DNA of 64,000 nt from Gemmatimonadota bacterium (lineage in GTDB: Bacteria; Gemmatimonadota; Gemmatimonadetes; Gemmatimonadales; Gemmatimonadaceae), in contig JANYIJ010000100.1 of assembly GCA_025362095.1 (NCBI GenBank), positions 775 to 64,774 on the forward strand, in the 5' to 3' direction. A program made the position numbers and the translations under genes. Below are positions 27,145-35,931 of this stretch, in pieces. The notes under the pieces were generated by a model that saw only the letters and a program-made list of their open reading frames with translations, was not told where the DNA came from and ran no database searches. Position 1 is the stretch's first letter. The number at the start of each line of letters is the position of its first letter.

Positions 27145-28257
27145 TCAGCCCGGGCGCCGCGGCCTCACGGCATTGGGCAGCGTCAGCCGAGTGTCGTGGC
27201 TGACGGCGCTGATCTGCAGATCGAAGCCGTTCGGAGTGGTGGTGTGGTAGCTCTTGAATGCAGCGACGTGAATCTCATCGTCTGTCGAGGTATCGACGCG
27301 AGCCCTGAGTCCGCGCTTCTCGAGCTCCTCCTTCACTTTGTCAGTATCCCACGGATCGATGCCGAACGAGATGTGATCGATCCGGCGCGTGCGCGCCTGC
27401 GCCACGGTCTGACCGCCGCGATCCGCCGGCGCAGGAACGAGCGGATTTCCGCCGCGGATGATGATGTCGCCCACCTCACCCATCATGCACTCGTTCTGAC
27501 TTCCTTCGTCGTACGTCGGCGTCCAGCCGAGGAGATTGCAGTAGAACGAGGCGCTCGCCTTGTAGTTGGTTGTGCCGAACGAGATGTGGTCGAGCCACGC
27601 AGTTTTCCATCGCGTGGATTCGAACGGCGCCGCCACGGCGAGCTTTCCGTTTGCGGGGGTCGTGCGGCGATTCTTCTTGTTGCCGTTGCTCAGCTGTAAA
27701 TCGAAGCCGTCGGGATCCTTCACGTGGAAACTCTCGAATCCCTTGCCATCGTTATCCGCAATGGGACTGAGCCCGCGCTTCGTGAGTTCGGATTCGATCT
27801 TCTTGGCGTTCCACGGTTGGATGCCAAAGCAGAACGATTCCATCAGTGCATTGACCGGCGCGCGTGCGCCGCCGCGTCCGCCGCGTCCTCCGCCCGCGCT
27901 GTCACCCGTTGCGGGCGCAGGCGCGGGCGGCGGCACAATCAGACCGCCACGAATGACGATCGATCCGAAGTCGCCGATGTCGAGCACGGCTTTCGATCCA
28001 TCGTCACTGCGAATCTTCCAGCCCATGAGCGCGTTGAAAAACGCGGCTTCCTTCTCGTAATCCACAACCTGCATCGAGAAATGATCGAGCAGGACGGTCT
28101 TCCAGCCGGTGGCCGCGAAGACGGGTGCGATGGCGGTGGTGTCGCAGCCCGGATCGCCGAGCTTCAGGCGGCACCGGCCCTGGGCGAACGCGGATGCAAA
28201 CGGTGCGCCGACGGCGGCTGTTCCGAGCGCGTGAATGAGCTGGCGGCGTGAGATCAT
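27145..28257 (-). CDS. TAT-exported two-domain VOC (glyoxalase/bleomycin-resistance/extradiol-dioxygenase fold) protein, paralog 1
   Basis: Leader MISRRQLIHALGTAAVGAPFASAFAQ. Two repeats of the VOC-like block (LDHFSMQVVDYEKEAAFFNALMGW... and LDHISFGTTNYKASASFYCNLLGW...), each followed by HVKDPDGFDLQ-type strands. A Gly/Arg loop is present. It is paralogous to 35932-37218. Confidence 0.75.
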   Translation of the reverse strand: MISRRQLIHALGTAAVGAPFASAFAQGRCRLKLGDPGCDTTAIAPVFAATGWKTVLLDHFSMQVVDYEKEAAFFNALMGWKIRSDDGSKAVLDIGDFGSIVIRGGLIVPPPAPAPATGDSAGGGRGGRGGARAPVNALMESFCFGIQPWNAKKIESELTKRGLSPIADNDGKGFESFHVKDPDGFDLQLSNGNKKNRRTTPANGKLAVAAPFESTRWKTAWLDHISFGTTNYKASASFYCNLLGWTPTYDEGSQNECMMGEVGDIIIRGGNPLVPAPADRGGQTVAQARTRRIDHISFGIDPWDTDKVKEELEKRGLRARVDTSTDDEIHVAAFKSYHTTTPNGFDLQISAVSHDTRLTLPNAVRPRRPG

Positions 28258-28321
28258 GATTCTAGAATGGCCCAGGGATAAGGCGGCGGCAAGACGAGCG
28301 GATCGCGAGTACATTCTCTCC

Positions 28322-29734
28322 GTGGAAAACCCATCCGCCCACGACGTTGCTGTCATCGGTTCCGGACCCAACGGCCTCGCGGCCGCGATCGTCGCCGCGC
28401 AGCAAGGGCACTCGACGGTCGTTTATGAAGCGAATCAAACAATCGGTGGCGGTCTTCGCTCCGCCGAGCTGACGCTTCCGGGGTTCGTGCACGACGTCTG
28501 CTCCTCCGTGCACCCGATGGGCGGGGCATCGCCATTTTTTAAATCGCTCCCGCTTGCGAAACACGGCCTTCACTGGATCACGCCTGCCGCGGCCGCCGCG
28601 CACCCGCTCGACGGTGGCGACGCGGTGATGCTCTGGAACGACCTCGAACGCACCGCTGACGCTCTTGGCGCGGATCGCGCGAGCTATCGGCGCAGGATCG
28701 GCGCGCTGGTGCGCGACTGGCCGAGGCTCGAAGCTGACATTCTCTCGCCGCTCGGATTTCCAGCGCATCCTGTCGCCTACGCGCGGTTTGGAATTCAGGC
28801 GCTGTTCCCCTCGCAGAGTTATGCGAACTTCGCATTCACCACGGCGCGCGCACGCGCGCTCTTTGCCGGGTGCGCGGCTCACTCGGTGCTCCCGCTCACG
28901 AGCGCGGGAACGGCGGCGTTCGGTCTCGTTTTTTTCGGCGTGGCGCACGCGAGCGGCTGGCCCGTGGCGCGGGGAGGGTCGCAGTCGATCGCGAATGCGC
29001 TCGCCGCGCATTTCAAATCGCTCGGCGGCGAGATCGTCACGGGGGCGCCGATCAGCAGCTATGAGCAATTGCGGGGTGCGGAAATTCTTATGTTCGATAC
29101 GGCCCCCGCCGCGATGGCGCGCGTCATGGGCGATCGGTTTCCACAGTGGTACGCGCAGAAGCTGAATCGATTCCCGCGCGGGCCCGGCGTGTTCAAGATC
29201 GACTGGGCACTGAACGCGCCGATTCCGTGGACGGCGCGCGAGTGTCTCGAGGCGTCGACGGTCCATGTCGGCGGCACCATTGAAGAAATCGCGGCCGCCG
29301 AGGCAGCGCCGTCGCGGGGCGAATGCGCAGAAAAGCCGTTCGTTCTCGTCACGCAACCGAGCCTCTTCGATTCGAGCCGCGCGCCTGCGGGCCAACACAC
29401 GGCGTGGGGATATTGCCACGTGCCGAATGGTTCAACTGTAGACATGCAGGTACGCATCGAGGCGCAGATCGAACGTTTCGCGCCGGGATTTCGCGATACG
29501 ATTATCGCGCGCGCGGTGCAGACACCCGCGACGCTTCAGGCGTCGAATGCGAATTTGATCGGCGGCGATATCGGCGGCGGTTCGAATGATCTCATGAGTC
29601 TTTTGTTCCGGCCGACCTGGCGGACGTATTCCACGCCGGTGCCCGGAGTGCATCTCTGTTCAGCGTCTACGCCGCCGGGTGGCGGGATACACGGAATGTG
29701 CGGATATCATGCAGCGGCTCGAGCTCTGAAATAG
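28322..29734 (+). CDS. NAD(P)/FAD-dependent oxidoreductase, phytoene-desaturase (CrtI)-like family
   Basis: Dinucleotide fold DVAVIGSGPNGLAAAIVAAQQGHSTVVYEANQTIGGG and a C-terminal GGGIHG motif. The start is ambiguous. I chose GTG 28322; ATG 28256 would abut the divergent VOC gene start head-to-head. Confidence 0.75.
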   Translation: MENPSAHDVAVIGSGPNGLAAAIVAAQQGHSTVVYEANQTIGGGLRSAELTLPGFVHDVCSSVHPMGGASPFFKSLPLAKHGLHWITPAAAAAHPLDGGDAVMLWNDLERTADALGADRASYRRRIGALVRDWPRLEADILSPLGFPAHPVAYARFGIQALFPSQSYANFAFTTARARALFAGCAAHSVLPLTSAGTAAFGLVFFGVAHASGWPVARGGSQSIANALAAHFKSLGGEIVTGAPISSYEQLRGAEILMFDTAPAAMARVMGDRFPQWYAQKLNRFPRGPGVFKIDWALNAPIPWTARECLEASTVHVGGTIEEIAAAEAAPSRGECAEKPFVLVTQPSLFDSSRAPAGQHTAWGYCHVPNGSTVDMQVRIEAQIERFAPGFRDTIIARAVQTPATLQASNANLIGGDIGGGSNDLMSLLFRPTWRTYSTPVPGVHLCSASTPPGGGIHGMCGYHAAARALK

Positions 29735-29754
29735 TAAACATTCAAGGAGAGCCG

Positions 29755-31080
29755 ATGGATTCGACAGCGAACACCCCGGCTGAAGCGGAGCCCTGGGCGC
29801 TTTGGCAGAAGATTCTGTTCCGCTTCTTCTTCGTGTATCTGCTGCTGCAAGTCGCGCCGTGGCGGTGGTTCCGCGCGATTCCAGGCGTGCCGTTCGTGCT
29901 CCGCTGGTATTACACGGCGGTCGACTGGGCGGTGCACGCGGGGAACGCGCGGTTCTTTCACGTTCGCGAGGTTCTCGTTCCGGTGAATGGAAGTGGCGAC
30001 ACGTCGTATGCGTTCGCCGAGATCTGGCTGTATGTCAGCATCGCGGTCATCGCGTGTTTGCTCTGGAGTGTTCTGGACCGGAAACGGCGCGAATATGACA
30101 GGCTGCTGTATTGGCTCCGGCTGACCGTGCGGTACTACGTCGCGACGGCGGCGTTGAGTTATGGAATCATCAAACTGTTCGCGCTGCAGATGGCGTTCCC
30201 CACCATCAGCCAGCTCGCGACGCCACTCGGCGATCTGCTGCCGATGCGATTCTCGTGGCTGTTCGTCGGCTACTCGCTGCCATATCAGATTTTCTCCGGC
30301 GTGATGGAGACGACGGCAGGGCTGCTGCTGCTTTATAAGCGGACGGTCACGGCGGGACTGTTCGCGGCGACCGGCGCGTTCATGAACGTCGTGATGATCA
30401 ATCTCAGCTACGACGTGCCGGTGAAGCTGTACGCCTCGCACCTGCTGTTTTCGTGCCTCTTCCTGCTCGCGCTCGATTCGAAGCGGCTTGTAAATCTGCT
30501 GGTGCTGAATCGCGCGACGCCGCCAACCGCCGCGTACGATCAGATTTTCGCGGAGCCGTGGCAGCGATGGGGAAGCGTGGCTGTGAAAGTGTTTTTCGTC
30601 TGGCAGTTCCTGTACCTGCCGCTCACGAGCGGCTGGGCGCGATATCAGGCGGCGAATGCCCCGGCGAAACCTGGTCCGTTCAAGCCGGGCGTATACGACG
30701 TGCGCAGCTACGTCGTCAACAAAACCGCCCTGCCGGCCACGAGCGCCGACACGATTCGCTGGAAGGATCTCATTTTCGACAACAACGGCGCGGGGAGCGT
30801 GAACACGAGCGACCAAGTGTTCTGGCAGCGATACCGCCGCGGATATTTCCGCTACAAGCCCGATACGGTTGCACACACCGCCGTCCTCTGGAAGACGTCA
30901 GCCAAGCCCGGCGACAGCACGGCCGTGTTCAACCTGCGCTACGAAGTGCCGGACACGAGCACGGTTCGCTTGCATATGGTAATCCGCGGCGACTCGGTGC
31001 ACGTGGAGCTCGTGCGCGTGGCGCGACACTTCCAGCTGGAAGAGCGTCAGTTCCACTGGCTGTCGGAGTACAACCGCTAA
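29755..31080 (+). CDS. Hypothetical integral membrane protein (N-terminal multi-helix domain plus C-terminal soluble domain)
   Basis: Strong SD (aaggaga, 29744-29750) precedes ATG 29755. There are about 6 hydrophobic helices in the first 270 aa. I recognise no motif. Confidence 0.65.
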   Translation: MDSTANTPAEAEPWALWQKILFRFFFVYLLLQVAPWRWFRAIPGVPFVLRWYYTAVDWAVHAGNARFFHVREVLVPVNGSGDTSYAFAEIWLYVSIAVIACLLWSVLDRKRREYDRLLYWLRLTVRYYVATAALSYGIIKLFALQMAFPTISQLATPLGDLLPMRFSWLFVGYSLPYQIFSGVMETTAGLLLLYKRTVTAGLFAATGAFMNVVMINLSYDVPVKLYASHLLFSCLFLLALDSKRLVNLLVLNRATPPTAAYDQIFAEPWQRWGSVAVKVFFVWQFLYLPLTSGWARYQAANAPAKPGPFKPGVYDVRSYVVNKTALPATSADTIRWKDLIFDNNGAGSVNTSDQVFWQRYRRGYFRYKPDTVAHTAVLWKTSAKPGDSTAVFNLRYEVPDTSTVRLHMVIRGDSVHVELVRVARHFQLEERQFHWLSEYNR

Positions 31081-31096
31081 GTCGTACATTGTTGAT

Positions 31097-33040
31097 ATGA
31101 CTCATTACATCTCAAGCCGCCGGGCGCGCATCGCGCTCGGCGCGATGCTTACGTTTCTCACGAATCTCGACGCCGCGCAGTGCGCCCCCAAGGCCGCGCC
31201 TGTGTTCGTGAGCGGAATGGCGCAGGTTGTGCCTGCGTTTCAGGATACCACGAAATGGATCCGCTACGATCTCTGGGTCGAAACGGACTTCGATTCTGAT
31301 CACGACGGCAAAAAAGACCGCGTGCACGTCGACGTCACTCGTCCGGGACAAACCGAAACCGAAGGCCTGAAAGTTTCGATCGTGTACGGCTCGAGCCCGT
31401 ATTACGCCGGCACGTCGCGCGATGATGTGAATTGGGACGTCAAGCAGGAGCTCGGCGTGCCGTCGCCGGTGCGCGGCAAGATGAACGCGCCGGCGTACGA
31501 GCCGAACCGCCACCGCATCTCGAAACAGCTGCTCGAATGGGTGCCGCGGGGATTCGCGGTCGTGCATTCGGAGGCGACCGGAACGGGACTCTCGCAGGGA
31601 TGCCCGACGGTGGGCGACACGCCGGAGCGCACGGCGATGGAGTTCGTGATCGACTGGCTGAACGGCCGGGCGAAAGGATTCACGACCGCAACGGGAAACG
31701 AAGAGATCAAAGCGACTTCGTGGTCCACGGGTAAGGTCGCGATGATCGGCACGTCGTACGAGGGAACACTGCCGCTCGCCGCGGCGACGACGGGCGTGAA
31801 GGGACTCGAAGTGGTCGTGCCCGTTTCACCGAACACGTCGTACTACCACTACTACCGCTCGAACGGACTCGTGCGTTCGCCCGGCGGGTACCTCGGCGAA
31901 GATGTCGACGTCCTCTACGATTTCGTCGCGAGCGGCGAGACATCGGGGCGCGCCAACTGCGATGCGATCTGGAAGAACGGAATTTTCGCGGGGCCGAAAG
32001 GGCAGGATCGCGTCAGCGGGGACATGAACGATTTCTGGTACGAGCGCGATCTGCTGCCATTCGTGAAGAACATCAAGGCAGCGGTGCTGCTCGCGCACGG
32101 ACTCAACGACTACAACGTCATGCCCGAGCACAGTGTGCGGATCTACGATGAAATGAAAGCGCGCGGTCTCCCCGTTTCGCTGTATCTGCACCAGGGCGGT
32201 CACGGCGGGAATCCGCCGTTCAACATGATCAACCGCTGGTTCAGCCATTATCTGTACGGCGTCGACAACGGCGTGGAGAAAGATCCACCCGTCTGGATCG
32301 TGCATGACTTCGCGTCGCAGGCACCCGGCGCGGTGGCGGCTCCCGCCGCCCAGCGCGGAGGAGGGCGCGGCCGAGCGGAACCGATTCCTACACCGTTCGC
32401 GTCGTTTCCCGTGCCCGGATCGGTTCCGGTCGTGATGCATCCCACGCTCGGCGGCACCGGCGTGGCTGCGCTCTCGCTTGCGGCAACGGCGAGCGGAACG
32501 GAAACGCTCGTCGACAATGTCGCGCAGAGCGGGAGTGCGCTCGCGAGCACGGCGCAGTCACAGAATCGCCTGATGTATGCGACCGGCACGCTCACCGACA
32601 CTGTGCACATCTCGGGAACTCCGCGCGTCACGCTGCGCATCGCGTCGAGCAAGCCCGCTGCGAATCTCACCGTTTGGCTCGTGATGCTGCCGTACGATTC
32701 GGCGCGCGTGGGATCGCAGAGCCATGCCGGAGTGATCTCGCACGGCTGGGCTGACATTCAGAACTACAAGTCGCTCACCAAGGGCGGCAACTACGAATCG
32801 AAAGTACCGGGCGAGCCGCTGGTTCCCGGAAAGTTCTACGACCTCACCTTCGACCTTCAGCCGGACGATGAGTTCGTCCCCGCCGGTTCGAAGTTCGCAG
32901 TGATGATCATGTCGAGCGATCGAGAGTTCACACTCTGGCCGCAGCCCGGCACGGAGCTGACGATCGATCTCGCGCACTCGTCGTTCTCGATTCCAATCGT
33001 CGGCGGCACGGCGGCACTCTCGAAGGCAGGAGCACGATAA
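31097..33040 (+). CDS. Exported Xaa-Pro dipeptidyl-peptidase / CocE-NonD family hydrolase (S15)
   Basis: DSDHDGKKDRVHVDVTRP...SPYYAG N-terminal pattern typical of PepX-type S15 enzymes. GTSYEG nucleophile motif. A C-terminal beta-sandwich region is present. Confidence 0.8.
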   Translation: MTHYISSRRARIALGAMLTFLTNLDAAQCAPKAAPVFVSGMAQVVPAFQDTTKWIRYDLWVETDFDSDHDGKKDRVHVDVTRPGQTETEGLKVSIVYGSSPYYAGTSRDDVNWDVKQELGVPSPVRGKMNAPAYEPNRHRISKQLLEWVPRGFAVVHSEATGTGLSQGCPTVGDTPERTAMEFVIDWLNGRAKGFTTATGNEEIKATSWSTGKVAMIGTSYEGTLPLAAATTGVKGLEVVVPVSPNTSYYHYYRSNGLVRSPGGYLGEDVDVLYDFVASGETSGRANCDAIWKNGIFAGPKGQDRVSGDMNDFWYERDLLPFVKNIKAAVLLAHGLNDYNVMPEHSVRIYDEMKARGLPVSLYLHQGGHGGNPPFNMINRWFSHYLYGVDNGVEKDPPVWIVHDFASQAPGAVAAPAAQRGGGRGRAEPIPTPFASFPVPGSVPVVMHPTLGGTGVAALSLAATASGTETLVDNVAQSGSALASTAQSQNRLMYATGTLTDTVHISGTPRVTLRIASSKPAANLTVWLVMLPYDSARVGSQSHAGVISHGWADIQNYKSLTKGGNYESKVPGEPLVPGKFYDLTFDLQPDDEFVPAGSKFAVMIMSSDREFTLWPQPGTELTIDLAHSSFSIPIVGGTAALSKAGAR

Positions 33041-34740
33041 TGTCGATCAAGCGATTCGTCCTCGCGCTCGTCGCCGCGGCGCCAATCACGATTGCCGCGC
33101 AGCAGTCGCGCCCCGTATTCGACGTGACCGAGGCGACGATTCCGCAGCTTCAGGCGGCGCTCACCGCAGGCCGCGTGACCTCGCGCGAGCTCGTGCTGCT
33201 CTACCTCGCGCGCATCGCCACGTACGAACACACCTTGAACGCCGTCATCACCGTGAGCAAGACGGCGCTCGCTGAAGCCGACGTGCTCGACCGCGAACGC
33301 GCGGCCGGACGCGTGCGCGGACCGCTGCACGGCATTCCCGTCGCGCTCAAGGACAACATCCACACGATGAACATGCCCACCTCGGGAGGCGCCCTCGCGT
33401 TCAAGGGAATGATTCCGCCGTACGAGGCGACGCTCACGAAAAATCTGGAAGACGCCGGGGCGATCATCATCGCCAAGACTGTCCTCACAGAACTCGCGAA
33501 CTGGGTCGCGGGAAGTCCCACGCCAATGCCCGGCAACTACAGCGCCGTCGGCGGCTACGGTATGAATCCGTACGATCCGCGTCCCGATCCGCGCGCGGGC
33601 TTCAACGATGGGCGTGCCGTGATGGGCACGGGCGGCTCGAGCTCGGGCATTGGCACGGCTGCGAGTTTCTGGGCCGCGAACGTCGGCACAGAAACGTCGG
33701 GCTCGGTGCTCAGCCCGGCGAACCAGAACATGCTCGTCGGAATCAAGCCGACGGTGGGTCGCATCAGCCGCTGGGGCGTCATCCCGATCACTGCGGATCA
33801 AGACACGCCCGGACCGATGACCAAGACGGTTGAAGACGCGGCGATCATGCTCGGCGCGCTCGAGAGCGCGGCGCCCGACCCGCACGATCCGGCCACGCGA
33901 GTCTGCCGGCCGCCGGCGAATCGGGACTATCGTCCGTACCTCAAGCGCGACGCGCTCAAAGGCGCACGAATTGGAATCCCGCGCGCTTTCTATTTCGACC
34001 CGTTCACAATTCCTGGCACGACCGCGCCGCGAGGCGGACTCAACCCGGCGCAGTCTGCGCTGATGACCGAGGCGATTGCCGAGCTGAAGAAGGAAGGCGC
34101 GGTGATCGTCGATCCTGCTGACATCCCGAGCGTTGTCACTGCCGACACGCTCAAGAACATTCTGTTCTGGAATACCTGCAGCGGCGCGGACAACCGCAAG
34201 AATCACAACGCGAACTGCTCGATCGATTTCAACTACGGCATGAAGCGGGACTTCAACGCGTGGCTCACGTCGCTCGGTTCCACCGCGCCGTTCAAGACGC
34301 TCACGGAACTGCGCTGGTTCAATATCGCGAACGCGGGCCGCGGCGCGATGAAGTACGGCCAGTCGCAGCTTGATATCTCCGACGAAATGGACCTCGTCGC
34401 CGACAAGGCGAGATACGACGCTGACCGGGCGAAGGACATCGATCTTGGCGGTCCGCACGGGATTGCACAGGTGATGCAGACCGAGCGTCTCGATGCGCTT
34501 CTTTTTCCGGGCGCAGGCGGCGCGGCGATCTCGGCGAAGCCCGGCTATCCGACTGTCATCGTTCCGTTCGGCCGGGTGCCGAACGCTCTCACACCCGCAA
34601 TTCCAGCGGGATTCAACGCGCAGCCGGTTCCGTTTGGCGTGAGCTTTGCGGGCATCGAATGCAGCGAGCCGCGCTTGATAGAGCTCGCGTATGCGTTCGA
34701 GCAGGCGACCAAGCGGCGCGTGCCCCCGGCGCTGAAATAG
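33040..34740 (+). CDS. Exported amidase (amidase-signature family), paralog 1
   Basis: Signal MSIKRFVLALVAAAPITIAAQ. AS motifs GIPVALKDNI and GGSSSGIGTAAS. The ATG overlaps the upstream TAA (ATAATG). Confidence 0.9.
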   Translation: MSIKRFVLALVAAAPITIAAQQSRPVFDVTEATIPQLQAALTAGRVTSRELVLLYLARIATYEHTLNAVITVSKTALAEADVLDRERAAGRVRGPLHGIPVALKDNIHTMNMPTSGGALAFKGMIPPYEATLTKNLEDAGAIIIAKTVLTELANWVAGSPTPMPGNYSAVGGYGMNPYDPRPDPRAGFNDGRAVMGTGGSSSGIGTAASFWAANVGTETSGSVLSPANQNMLVGIKPTVGRISRWGVIPITADQDTPGPMTKTVEDAAIMLGALESAAPDPHDPATRVCRPPANRDYRPYLKRDALKGARIGIPRAFYFDPFTIPGTTAPRGGLNPAQSALMTEAIAELKKEGAVIVDPADIPSVVTADTLKNILFWNTCSGADNRKNHNANCSIDFNYGMKRDFNAWLTSLGSTAPFKTLTELRWFNIANAGRGAMKYGQSQLDISDEMDLVADKARYDADRAKDIDLGGPHGIAQVMQTERLDALLFPGAGGAAISAKPGYPTVIVPFGRVPNALTPAIPAGFNAQPVPFGVSFAGIECSEPRLIELAYAFEQATKRRVPPALK

Positions 34741-34750
34741 CGGCCGGCGC

Positions 34751-35266
34751 GTGGCGACTGAGCGGAATCCATCCGACATTCGCGTTCGCCCGGTGACGCT
34801 CGGTGATGCCGCGGCAATCGCGCGCATCTACAACTACTACGTGACCGACACCATCGTCACGTTCGAAGAAGAACCGGTCGGGGAGCACGAGATCGTCGAT
34901 CGGATTGTTGAAGTGCAGTCTGCCGGTTTGCCGTGGCTGGTGGCGGAGCAGGGACAGGATATCGTCGGCTATGCCTACGCGAGCAAGTGGAAGGGCAGAA
35001 TCGGATATCGCTTCGCCGTGGAAGTGACCGTGTATCTCGATCAGGGTTTCGTGAAACGCGGAGTGGGATCGCTGTTGTACGCCGAGCTCTTGAAACAGCT
35101 CAAGGCGGCCGGGGTTCGCACAGCGATCGGCGGCATCGCGTTGCCGAACGATGCGAGCGTGCGCGTGCACGAGAAGTTCGGATTTGAGAAAGTCGCGCAC
35201 TTCAAGGACAACGGAATCAAGTTCGATCGCTGGATCGACGTGGGGTACTGGCAGCTGATCTTCTGA
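34751..35266 (+). CDS. GNAT N-acetyltransferase (phosphinothricin-acetyltransferase-like)
   Basis: IRVRPVTLGDAAAIARIYNYYVTDTIVTFEEEPV N-terminus is typical of PAT/MddA-like GNATs. RGVGSLLY is the acetyl-CoA loop. Confidence 0.8.
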   Translation: MATERNPSDIRVRPVTLGDAAAIARIYNYYVTDTIVTFEEEPVGEHEIVDRIVEVQSAGLPWLVAEQGQDIVGYAYASKWKGRIGYRFAVEVTVYLDQGFVKRGVGSLLYAELLKQLKAAGVRTAIGGIALPNDASVRVHEKFGFEKVAHFKDNGIKFDRWIDVGYWQLIF

Positions 35267-35290
35267 GCTGATCGATCGCAAAACGAACAA

Positions 35291-35322
35291 GGGGCGCGCC
35301 GTCGGCGCGCCCCTGTTTTTTT
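35291..35322. terminator. Rho-independent terminator, potentially bidirectional, between convergent genes
   Basis: Perfect 10-bp GC stem ggggcgcgcc (35291-35300) / ggcgcgcccc (35304-35313) with a 3-nt loop, followed by tgttttttt. An A-rich tract on the other side could serve the minus-strand gene. Confidence 0.85.
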
Positions 35323-35335
35323 GAACCAGCGCGCA

Positions 35336-35761
35336 TCACTCCTTGTAGACGGCGCCCGCTGTGAGCGCGGCGAGCATTGTCGTCACGAGCGTGATCGGCT
35401 CGGCCATCTCATAGAAGCTCCATGAATACATGCCCATTGCGGTGAGCGATCCGTAGATCGCGCTGAACAGGATCCACATCATCAAGCCCGCGCGCATCGC
35501 CGTCTTTGGTCCGGGTCCATAGGTCGCACGGATCGAAGCGTACACCCAAGCCAGCGTGAGTCCGATCACGAAGTCGAGGGCGATTGCGCCAACCATCCCC
35601 GGTGTGGCGGCTGCTTTGGCGGCCAGCGCCGGGTTGAGCGCGTTCATTTCTGCGGCGGCTCTGTCCTTCAGAATGACGTTGAAGACGACAAAGTCGCATG
35701 CGCTCGCCACCACTCCAGCCGCCACTCCGCCGACGATCACCTTTCCAGTGTTCACCGCCAC
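35336..35761 (-). CDS. Small hypothetical membrane protein (about 4 helices)
   Basis: Start set at GTG 35761, preceded by AAGGAGG with a 5-nt spacer. 141 aa, four hydrophobic segments. The upstream part of the track ORF has no SD and overlaps the divergent gene. Confidence 0.6.
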   Translation of the reverse strand: MAVNTGKVIVGGVAAGVVASACDFVVFNVILKDRAAAEMNALNPALAAKAAATPGMVGAIALDFVIGLTLAWVYASIRATYGPGPKTAMRAGLMMWILFSAIYGSLTAMGMYSWSFYEMAEPITLVTTMLAALTAGAVYKE

Positions 35762-35931
35762 GATGACCTCCTTTGAGATTGCATGCCAATGTAGGTGTTC
35801 CAGGCGTTTGCGCCAGCGGTGTTGCTGCTTGCCGTCGACTGGCGACGGCAACATACTCTGCCAGCGATCCTCAGCCGCCGCACGTAAATGAGCGACCACC
35901 ATCATCTGCGCCCCCGCCGGAGAAGTCACTA

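Noticed and set aside
27130-27146. Small hairpin agcgg-ttgta-ccgct between the cyclophilin and VOC stop codons as a terminator
   Set aside because: It has only a 5-bp stem and no U-tract, so it is not distinguishable from chance.
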